The notes under the pieces: model-generated | What the model was told of the DNA's origin: nothing | What the model saw: only the letters and a program-made list of their open reading frames with translations | Databases searched by the model: none | Shown: positions 25,712 to 36,793 of the stretch, piece by piece | Numbering within the stretch: the first letter of the stretch is position 1 | Layout: each line of letters starts with the position of its first letter | Source: Antedon mediterranea | Taxonomy: Eukaryota; Animalia; Echinodermata | Direction of reading: 5' to 3' | DNA length: 64,000 bases | NCBI RefSeq assembly: GCF_964355755.1 | Contig: NC_092672.1 | Coordinates: 10,044,001 to 10,108,000, forward strand | Made by a program: the position numbers and the translations under genes

Positions 25712-28700
25712 ATGTCTTTAAGAAACTTGCACGATAATGATAAGCGGTATGCTGAGGCGTTTAAGTTGTTTCGTCAGATTTCAGATCAAGAAATCAAAAT
25801 GAAAACATGGATACTACAAGACTTCTCGAAAGAGATTAACTCAACTAGGTTGCTTAAGATTAACGAAGATATAGTTCAAATGATGGGGATAGGCAGTGGA
25901 TTTGGTAATTAAACATTAGGTGTACATTTGCAATATAATTTGTACCCATCTATCTCATTGTCTCAGTTACCTTTATAGTATTTATTATTTATTGAATTGC
26001 GTTGGCAATGATCGCAAAACAGCGAATTGTAACGCAGTACCCACAAATGCGTTTATTATTAGGGACTTATTTGCACGTTTGCTATTTAGACTGACCTCCT
26101 TATAATATCATTGTAAGACATGAGCATGCGAAAGTCGACTGGTACTTCAACAGAGTACAAGTGAAAATATGACATATAGAATATGAAAGGTGACCAAAAT
26201 CATGGCTGAGAATAATCTCGCAATAATTTTCTGAGATTGTAGTAAAATGCCTTACAGTTAAATTATAATTTAATGAAGCTTGAACGAAGATCAACCACAG
26301 TTCGTTTTTAATTATGCCTTATCATTATGATTAATATTTAAAGGACAACTGGACATGCTTTTATTTGAGCTTATTGGCAATATGAATCAGAAAATAAACG
26401 AACTTGTAGTGGAACCCAATGCAGTAGAAATTGAAAAGTTCAAATTTGCAATTGCATCATCAGTTGACTGCAGTAACGTAACCATTGAGTGTGTTCCAAC
26501 AACGATTGAATCATATAATATGGTAAGGTAAAAGAAGCACAATAATCTCATTTCCGTTAATTTGTATAGAAAATGCTGTATCAGAAGTAAAGGTTCAAAA
26601 TGGCTCTGACATTTTCAATGGCCATTTAGGTAAACAAAAAATAATATCTTGGATTTATAAAAGCACCTAAGTTTAAATATTTAAATATGGTTAATTATGA
26701 CATAGGCGAGCACAATGGAATACTTCGGGACAAATCTAAATCAAATGTAAAATTAATAACCTTGGTTTTCACTATTACGATATTGTTCGATAATTCTATC
26801 TATGAAAGATATTAGAAAGGGTTTCAAAACAAAATGTCTGATTTCATCGGTAGATTTTCAATTTAATTTCAATTGTACGCGGTCGAAGTAATTTCCGGGT
26901 TTACGATGAGTTCAAGGGTTCACTTGCAACTTCCTGGTTTCAACTAAGTTTGCCGTTAGTGGCTATAGCCATTGAGTTTATTTTCGGATCGGACCACACG
27001 TGTGAAGGTACGGTAGTTACAAAAATAAAGATAAGATTAAATATACGCCATAAAGCATCGGAGTATATTGTGGGGAGTATTATAAAATGACATAGGGAGA
27101 TCGGATGATAAGACCTTTTGTTTAAAATCGAGTTTAAATCCCGATAGCCAAGTTTTATTGAGTGGGCTATCTGTATCATGTTGCAAGCCGTAGAAAAACG
27201 TCTTCCTTCTTGGGCCGAAACGGCCTACTCTGTCACGGAAGTTAGTTTCAAAAGTTGTTTAAATTAAATAATGTGTTAATTATTAGGATGGTATTTATTT
27301 GAATAAACACCTCCCCAATAAAACATTACTTTGAATAATGATAACCCCCAACCCAACTATCTAATAAACGGCCATCCACATTTATACACACAATATTGTA
27401 TTATAGTTATTATAACTATGCTATTTGTAGTAGAATCCATCGCATTGTTATCTACAATTTACCAAGCATTTTGTTATTATTTTTTACTACTTTTCATATC
27501 TATTAGAGGGATTTTATTTGATTATAAATGTTACCATATTAATAAAACTAAAAAATTAAACATTTTCCTCGAATAAGCACCTCCCTCAAATGAACTCCGC
27601 CTCCCCACCTCCGCCCTATAAGGGCCCTAACAAACAATAAACACTATACTTTAAATGGTATTAATTAACTGTGAAACAGAGTAGGTTTAGTTTTACGAAT
27701 TTCAAGCATTTTCCATAATGGTAAGGAAACGTAAAAGAAAGAAAACGTACAAGGAGAACGTCCCTCTAAAACCTTTTTACCCGAGTCATTATCATTCCGA
27801 GAACCATCGTCTACACTTCCCAGAGGAGAAGCGAGCGAATCGACCTCACCCTCTAGTAATACATAAAGTAATAAAAAAAATTAACATTACCCATTCTAAA
27901 ATATTTGGCATTATTTTCGAACATATCGACTACTCCATAAGATGGAAAAATGATGGCACATAAGTTAAGTGGCATATACAAGGGAAATCAGACAGAAATC
28001 GGTATTTTCAAATTGGAGATTTGAAATACGGAAAATAATTCAAGATTTAAAATGCTGAAAAATATCTTGATACCATGTCTACTTCCAGAGATAGCTTTTA
28101 ATTAAGTCGTAACAGGAAATGACAAATACGACAAAATAAACAAGGCGTTTAAGTTTACGCCTTAGGAAAACGGTATTATAATTGCTTTATTTCAATAAAA
28201 CTTCGCACCATTTTTAATTAACTATTGTTCTATTATTATTCCAAATTTTTATTAAAAACAAGCCACTTGAACACTTAAATTTAAGCATAAAACATGGGTT
28301 TATGAAAATCATAGGTCCTACATAATTTACACCATCTTTTTCTACCAACATACTACACAAAATGTTAACATTTTATTTATTTGTCTCAAAATAGAAAAAC
28401 ACCAAGGTAATGTAAATAAATCCTGTTTCAGCTATCATTTTTTGTAAAAAAAATGTTCAGCAGCCTTTATTGTTTTTGGCTGTCTACAAATCTACACATG
28501 CGACTTATGTCTGATTTCGCTTGCATGTGTCACGTTATATCTTCTTCTGTCTTTTTGATGTGATATTCTGTTTTTTTAATGTGATATTCTGTTTTTTTAT
28601 ATTCTGTGTTTATTTTATATATTAGACAAGAAATACAACTAGAAAGTTTAATTTCATTCATTGCATCCATGTTTTGTATTATGTGGACAATCCAGTAGAA

Positions 28701-29255
28701 GTGATTAAACATGCATTCGACAGTCTGTTAGAGGGTGGTTTGTTACTCATAATCCAGGGTGCAGGTATGGTTTAATATTTTGCAAGAATGAAAACAACTT
28801 CGTGTATTACAAAAATGTTTAATGCCATGTGAATTTGTCAACATACTTATGGTTAACTTGTGCATACAAAATAGTATTATTAAATCAATTTGTTTTATTT
28901 AGTGTCACATGGAATGACTCATATTTTGAATACGCTTGGAGACAAAATGTATGGTAACACACGGCGACACGTTCCAAATGGAAAAGACATAGAAGAAATA
29001 ATACAAGGTCTTGGCTTTAACTATAAAGCTAACGTTGTAGACGCAAAGCTTGATATTACAGAATGTTTTGATCCAAATTCAGATAAAGGAAACTTACTAT
29101 TGGACTTTATAACAAATGTTGACAACTTTTATGAACGCGCATCACCAGACCTAAAAAATGCCCTCTATGGTGTATTTGGTAGTGATTTCTGTTTTGAAGA
29201 GGATGGTAAAACATACCTAAAATTTGATTTTTCAGTGATCATTGTTACAAAATAA
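25712..29255 (+). CDS. HNMT-like: HNMT-like protein, copy 3 (287 aa; sister of copy 2)
   Basis: Exons 25712-25904, 26344-26522, 28626-28764, 28903-29255; GT-AG, 864 nt open; exon sizes identical to copy 2; intron 2 expanded from 291 to 2103 nt by insertions. Confidence 0.92.
26690..27856 (+). mobile_element. Non-autonomous Helitron in intron 2 of copy 3
   Basis: Collinear with 39173-39952; ends GCGAGCGAATCGACCTCACCCTCTAG|T; carries an extra ~27310-27800 segment partly similar to ~60660-60950; 5' end eroded. Confidence 0.75.
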
Positions 29256-30211
29256 TTGACTTTTGTTTGGTAGACACAAACATCACTCAGGACTGAGGTC
29301 CCCAATTGTAATGAGTATACGCTTTGTATTATAATACTTGGTTTTAGCATTATATTATAAACATTAATGTATTGAAATAATTATATTATAGGCCTATTTC
29401 TAATAAGCCTATATTGTGTGAAAAATGTAACAAAATATTTACGTTTTGTATTATATTTGGTTTTAGCATTATATTATGAATATTTACTATTATATTATCT
29501 ATATATAAATTTACGTAAGGGGGCAAAAATCGGTAAATTGCCCGTTATTTCTAGAATGTTTACTTGATGGTATAAAGTTGGTTAGAATCTCGGTACTGAT
29601 TTTAACCACCTTATGTAACCCTGTTTATTAATTAAATTGAGTTAGATAATTAGTTATTGACAATTAAAACTAATTTAGGTTCAAACGATTTGCCCCAAAT
29701 AGGGGTGCTTTCGATCGTTTTCCTGTCTAATGCATGTCCATCGTAAAAAATACCCGCATACAATAATACGAGGATGCTTCGCATTTTTCTATCTCCTCCT
29801 ACAATAATTGTTTTTAATGGCTGAAAACCGGTTGAACAGCTCGAGTACAGCATCATAATCTTGAATAATAATAATATACGTTTATACAAATGTATTGATT
29901 TGCAATGAATGGAACATTCCAAATTATTTGGTTTAACCATGCTTGCATACCTCCATGGTTTAACACAAGTAAGTAAATGTATGGGCCCTTGGAGAATAAA
30001 CATAAATAGTATTGTAATGCTATATAATACTGTAAAAATGAGTGTCGTTCTTTTCAGTATCGGTCATCACATTTTATTTTATTAAGACTTTCATAATTAT
30101 ATTAAGCTGTTGCTTAAATATATTCTTGTATTCTTGATAAATCAGTTATACATTTTAAAGTGTTAGTTTTAGCATTTTTAAACGTTCTCTCTCACGCTTG
30201 AGTAGGCTCAG

Positions 30212-30335
30212 CACACAAAATGAATTTTGTCGACACAAATGAATTTTATCGATACAAAATGCATTTTTTCGACACAAAATGAATTATGTCGATACAAAAT
30301 ACATTTTTTTCGATACAAAATGAATTTTGTCGACA
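30212..30335. repeat. ~21-bp minisatellite
   Basis: ACAAAATGAATTTTGTCGA(C/T) in about 6 copies. Confidence 0.85.
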
Positions 30336-31132
30336 ATTTTTGTCAGGCCTACATTCATATTATTCGCTGTTCCTTCATCCTTGCATACACACAGACTTTC
30401 GTCATCACCAACATTTTCATTTTCTATATCGCTTAAATCGTTATCGAAGCCAAGTAAATATTCCTCGTCTCTATAAATCGCTATTTTTCGCTGTCGTATA
30501 CCACTCCGCGACACTCGTTTTTTGCAAGCAGTACATTGGGCTGATCTATCTTTCACGTAACCTATTACTCTAAAACCCAAGGAGACGTTACGTAAACGGC
30601 AGGATTATAGGTTGTGATTTATTACCTCTTGGCCATTAGGTAATTAATGTTATCTGTTTTTAACGAGCGCGGCGGCCAAGACCAGATAAAAGAAAAAACC
30701 TCGAGCTCTCTCCTCTTATTTTACAACTCCCTGGTATTTAACTATAATGTGATGGTTAGCTTCTGAATCATAATTTGTCAGTTCTTGTCTTGCTCTTCTG
30801 CTGGTACAGTATATCTCCCACTTGCACTAGTGGATGTTATTTGGCTTATGTGTAATTATTATTGGTAAGACTACATTGGAGTTACAGGGTAATTAAAAAC
30901 ATTATTAAAACTTGATTGATATTCTGTAGTTCTACTCCTGGTTTTATTCAACTACTGTAAAATGACTCAATTAAAATTCAAAATACTCTATTTTACTTTC
31001 AATTACGCAATATGCCTACAAAGCGTGTTTTTGATTAATGTTTAATTTCTAATCTAGACATACAATATAACTTCGTCGTGTATTGTATCAGATTTAGTTG
31101 AGTTTTTTTTTTCAGACTGGAAAAAAGCAATC

Positions 31133-33023
31133 ATGTCTTTAGGAACGCTGGTGGAGAATGATAAACGGTATGCCGAGGCGTTTAAAATGTTTCGCGAAGC
31201 TTCCGATCAAGAAAACAAAATGAAAACGTGGATACTACACGACTTCTCAAAATTGATAAAGTCAACTTTCCTGCTCAAGATTGAACAAAATATAGTCGAA
31301 ATGATGGGGATAGGCAGCGGATTTGGCAAGTATTATTAATCTAAATCAAGGAAGAGTTAACGCTTATTCAGTATGTGACGTACAGTAGGTCAGAAGACTT
31401 AAGGCACGTTTGACTTAAACAAGGGTTAAATGATATATTTTAGATGAGGGTTAAATAAACAAGCACAGATTGAAGCAACTTCAACCATTCATTATATTAT
31501 TTGATTGACCTTTTGTCAAATTGTTTGTAAATTTCGGTAATTAAATTGTAGTCATTTAACTTTCGTATACCAAATGTACCGTATATTATTTTGTTTCATA
31601 AAGTAGACATAAACAATGCAGTTTGCAACTGTATTAGAGTAATCACACTACCATTATACTTCTTGTAGTTTGTCTTTTGTTGTGAGCAAAATCATTGTTT
31701 ATGTAATATGTATGTATTTCTATTGTACAACAACAACAACAAAACGAAATTGAAAAATCTAATTACAGTACAATCATTTCACTATTCTGTATTTTGAAAG
31801 GACAAATGGACATGCATTTGTTCGATGTCATCGGCAATATCAATCATAAAATAAACGAACTTGTAGTGGAACCCAATGCAGTAAAAATTGAAAAGTTCAA
31901 ATCTTCAATTGCATCATCAGCCGCCGAATACAGTAACGTCACGCTTGAGTACGTTCCGAAAACGATTGAATCGTATTATAAGGTGGGTAAATCACTAAGT
32001 GATTCAATAGTAGAAATTACTGTTGAATTATTTAATTAGCTAACGGTATTTGTCTATAGCTTTACTTAAACGTGTTTATATTCGTGTTTTGTTTTGTATT
32101 AGACACGGAATTCTACTAGAAAGTTCCATTTTATTCATTGCATCCACGTTTTGGGTTATGTGGACGATCCGAAACAAGTAATTAAAGATGCGTTTAACAG
32201 TCTTTTAGAGGGCGGTATATTACTCATAATTAATAATGCAGGTACGTTTTGTTCTGTTTGATTTTCTTTACCTTACGTCTAACCAAAGCATTTGATATGC
32301 ATTTTATTGTTGATTTTGTAATATAGATTAGTAAAGATTTTTAATTCCAACTCAATTAACGGTACGATTTTCAGGAAAATCTATAAACAAAAAATTCAGT
32401 ATCCTGATACTTCTCAGAGTTATCGGTATACAATATTCAATATGGGTCGAGATAATAAATAGCACGCCCTCTTTAGCTTTTTGACAAGCATTTAGCTCAT
32501 TCGATGAGATTCAAAAATATTATTTTCTATCAAAACAGCTTAAATGATTATCTTATAGTTCTATAATGATTACTTTTTCTATGTATATCTATCTATTTAT
32601 CGTTGATCAGTTTTAATCCTACAGTTAGGGTGTAGCAGAATTTATGCTGCTATATTTTGTTATACAGTGTCACATGGTATGAGTCAGATTTTGAACACCT
32701 TTGGAAAGAAGATGTTTGGTAACAAATGGCGGTACTTTCCAACTGGACGAGACATAGAAGAGATAATAGACGGTCTTGGTTTAAACTATATGACAGATGT
32801 TATAAACTCAAAGCTAGACATTTCAAAATGTGTAGACGGAAACTCAGATAATGGAAACTTATTGTTGGATTTCATAACGCATGCTGATCGCTTTTCTGAG
32901 CGTGCATCACCAGAAGTAGAAAAGGCCGTCTTCGAAGCTCTGGACAGCAATGAATACTGCTTTAAAGAGGATGGTAAAACATACATGAAAATCGATTGTT
33001 CAACATTCGTTGTTCAAAAATAA
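31133..33023 (+). CDS. HNMT-like: HNMT-like protein, copy 4 (289 aa; GC-AG first coding intron)
   Basis: Exons 31133-31325, 31801-31982, 32103-32241, 32668-33023; 870 nt open if the donor G|GCAAGT at 31326 is used (same position as the GT donor in the paralogs). Confidence 0.88.
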
Positions 33024-34140
33024 TCTTACGATGCTGGTAATAGTAATAAATATCATTAATATAAAAAGAAAGGAAATAACAATTTATAATATACAAATAA
33101 TGAACGTTAATGAGTCTAATGGTACAAATAATGTCATGAGGTGAACGATGAGAACGATGAAAGGTTATATTTCAATGAGGCGAAGCCATTATTTGTACCA
33201 TTAGGCCTACACAATTATAAAAAATGTATTATTTGTTTTATATAACATCAAAATAGATTCCTGTCATTTGAAATCAGATTGAATAAAAGATAAGCCTATG
33301 CCTACTGTAGTAATTATGTCAACAAACGACCAAAACAATTCTAGGCCTAGCAAGGCTAAAGCGCATATTCCTAGCCTAATACTATTACTATTTAGGCCTG
33401 GCTAGAAAGGCAGCGATGCCACGACGAAACATAGACAAGCAACTGGAACTCATCTAGGCTAATTCAGGTTTTTCCAACGTATCTACGTCTTGTAGAAATG
33501 TTCCTATTAATCATACAAACGATCTAAAGCTAATTTTGAATGCCTTTTTTGGTCTTAATTAGTACATATCTCTCCAAAAATGTACTTTTATCGCGAAACC
33601 AGTCATAACATTAAAAATCTTCGCGGCGGAAGTACAAAATAGGTGGCGCTGTTTTATTTCAAAAGCAATAGTATAAAAATATATTTTTCAAACGCGAAAA
33701 GATTTTATTTCTCGTACACGAAAGGAAAGTTAATCGTTAAATAATGCGTACCATTGCCCACCATGTGATCCACAATCGTCCAATGAAAGCACTCCGAAAC
33801 TGAGTGAAATACTACTGAAATAATATTACGCATTATTTATCAGAAAAAACATTATTCAGGGAAAACATTATTCGGAGAGACTACTTGATATTTCGTAATT
33901 TTTTAAATGGTTAAATGAATAACTGCGACTTGCAATCTACTGGGCTGAATTGCGCACAGGTGTTAACGACACATCATTCCCACCCCACAACTTTCTTTTC
34001 CCCTAAAAGGTCTCTTCGTGTCGAGTGCTGACCAAACGTCACCTGTTTGTCTTTATCCGAGAAGACTTGTTCTACCACGATAATAGGCCGACGAGTCTAT
34101 GCCAATTGTATTGTATAGCTACGGTTTGCGGCGTCCTGCC

Positions 34141-34355
34141 TAAAGCGTGGTTCCCACTAGAACGCAACGCAGCGACATATCGACGCAAAGTGCTGTATTG
34201 CGTAATCACAAGTAGGAACCGACGACGCAATAGTGCTGCAAAAATCACAGGTTTGATTTCACGCAGGCGGGGGATCAAACACAATTATTAGAAGGGCATT
34301 TGCTTACGTTGCGTATGTTTCGTTAAGTTGCGTCGCAAGTGGGAACCAAGCTTTA
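34141..34355. mobile_element. Harbinger-like MITE, same family as 12946-13116
   Basis: TAAAGCGTGGTTCCCACTAG...AGTGGGAACCAAGCTTTA; internal sequence matches the copy 1 intron element. Confidence 0.8.
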
Positions 34356-36264
34356 ACCGCTCGGCCACTCGACCAAGTAACACACACCCACGATCGACCT
34401 TTGTGAAGGTAATACAAACAACGGTAATCAGTAATAACATAGTTATGGTTCATACTCATATTCAATCAAATGACGTCATGATTACTAACAGCAATAACAT
34501 ATTTTGACAATACAACGATTTTATTATCATGACGTCATTTAAATTGAATTTTCTAAAACTTTATTTATATAACAAAATCGGCATAGATGGTTTAGTTATC
34601 CTATACAAGTTATAAAAAAACTCTTTAAGTTTATTTTGTGTAAAGAAAATGTAATTGTTGAAGGTCGATCTTTTTCGTCCTGTGTCTAGAAGCCTTTATA
34701 CGGTTCAATAGTCTTTCTGCGCATGTATAACAGTTACATTAATTAATATCATTTTTTATTATAATTAATAACTTTATAATTATACATCAGTATCGTTATC
34801 ATTTTAGAATTACAAATACCCTCAACTATTGCATTATAATAATTCCCTTTTTTGTCCTTATTCAATTCGTAATCAATCACCTAATATTTCCATTTAAAAA
34901 ACCATTACTAAATAATTATATGTGTTGTCTAGGGCATGTTTCAATGTCACTCCCTATAAAATTGATCAAGTAAGGTCTACATACTATTTTGTTCACAAAT
35001 CGTTCTAGTACACGCAACTGGGGATCAGTTATCCCAGGTTGACCCAATGTTTTCAGAGCTTTCTGTTTGTAGCAGCAATACCACATGCCATTAAAAAAAA
35101 GTGTTCGACTTTTATTTGAGAATCGTCCATTTCTATAGGTCTTCTCGATACGAGCCCTCGGATCTATTGATCCATTTTTATTATTACAACCAAACGACCG
35201 ACATAATGAGCCGTGCATCTTAAATTATATAAATCCACAAGACACTATTAAAATTTACCAAACATAAAATTGTTAGTGGATTTATATAATTTAAGATGTT
35301 TTCTTCCTAATACAATATTAACAAGTTTGGATTGTTGCCACATTTACCATTTAGGAGATTTGGTACACTTTAAATTGATGCTGGGCCACTGTGCGTGGCG
35401 TAGGGACATACCGATTAAGAGTAACACTGTGGCGTGGAGAGAAGCGGTAAATACAATATCTCTCATAAAGTGAGACTAGACATTTTCCGTTTGTCATCTT
35501 TAAGTTGAGTACATTTTGAAATTGTTAACATCTTTTAACTGGTGTTTGAAATTATAAATATGCTAGGAATTATTACAAACGGTCTGTTTTTTATGGTCTG
35601 TACCCATTTCATTTAAGGTGTATGCCATGTATTGCATTACAACGGCAAACCCCTCATTCTTGCTGATCTCATTTTATCTGTGATAACGGTACAGCAACGT
35701 AAAAAGATAGGTATACACATGGAATTGCGGGTGCCGGTACACTGTGTATATTCATATAGATAATATTACAGTGATGGTATGATGATTTATTGTAAATAAC
35801 GTACGGATAATACTTAGGCTTGTCATACGTATTATTTTCACCAATTACCCCATACACCCTTTTTATTTGAGGTTTTCATTTTATTTATTTGACTCGGACT
35901 TAGATTTAGAAAATGATGGTCATTATCTCTCTGTAATCAATAGAAAAACAATGAAATGATGTTGTCTTGTCACACCTTTATCCTCCGTTTTTTTTTGTTT
36001 CTCCAAGTTCAATATCGTTTTGGCTACACATATAACGGGATATGTAATATTCTTTTGGATTATCTGCCTCCGAGGTTCAAATTTACCAATTAAAAACAAC
36101 TGTTTCCAATGACTGACCCCACCTCCTGACTCCCGTGAGCGCCAAACACATTTGGTTTGTCTTTAATGTATTTGCAGATCACGTCAATACCGCCACTTGT
36201 CCAATCTGGACACTTTGCTCCACAACGATACACACTAGCCAATAAGTGATAGCGGGCTACCAAA

Positions 36265-36402
36265 TAATTTATCTGGCGGCCGCCAATTAACTTTCTGGCG
36301 GCCGCCAATGACTTTTCTGGCGGCCGCCAATGAATTTTCTGGCGGCCGCTTTGCCAATGTCAAAGCATTACATGGCGGCCGCTAATGAATTATCTGGCGG
36401 CA
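36265..36402. repeat. GC-rich ~21-bp repeat with GCGGCCGC cores
   Basis: TCTGGCGGCCGCCAATGA(A/C)TT in 4 tandem copies plus 2 degenerate copies. Confidence 0.88.
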
Positions 36403-36793
36403 GGCAGATAATTTCAATTTAAAATTATAATTCACGAATGGATTTTCGTGTATTCTGATTGGATGGATTGGATTGGATGTGATGGTTAGCTCCTCAATTT
36501 TAAATAGTAGCTGAATCTTATTTTGGTAGTTCCTGTCTTGGTAAGACTACTTTGGAGTTACAAGGTAATTTTATTAATTATTAAAATGTTGATATTCTGT
36601 AGGTTTACTCTGGGTTTTGTAAAACTACTGAACAATAACTCGCATTCAAAATACTGTATTTTACTTTCAATTACGTAATATAGGCCTACAAATCGTATTT
36701 TTTATTAATGTTGAATTTCTAATCTGCAGCATAACGTCGTCACGTATTGTGTCAGATTTAGTTGGGTTTTTTTCTGACTTGAAAAAAGCAATC

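Noticed and set aside
29498-29560. Helitron-like 5' end ATCTATATATAAA
   Set aside because: No matching hairpin/CTAG 3' end located.
30284-30580. Acidic minus-strand ORF resembling a transposase N-terminus
   Set aside because: Short, runs into a minisatellite, no catalytic motifs.
31133-33023. Copy 4 as a pseudogene because of the missing GT donor
   Set aside because: GC donor has a strong consensus and all four exons remain open and conserved.
34916-35218. 100-aa ORF with CxxxGCxN and LERFV motifs (THAP- or transposase-like)
   Set aside because: Remaining diagnostic residues not found; cannot be supported without a search.
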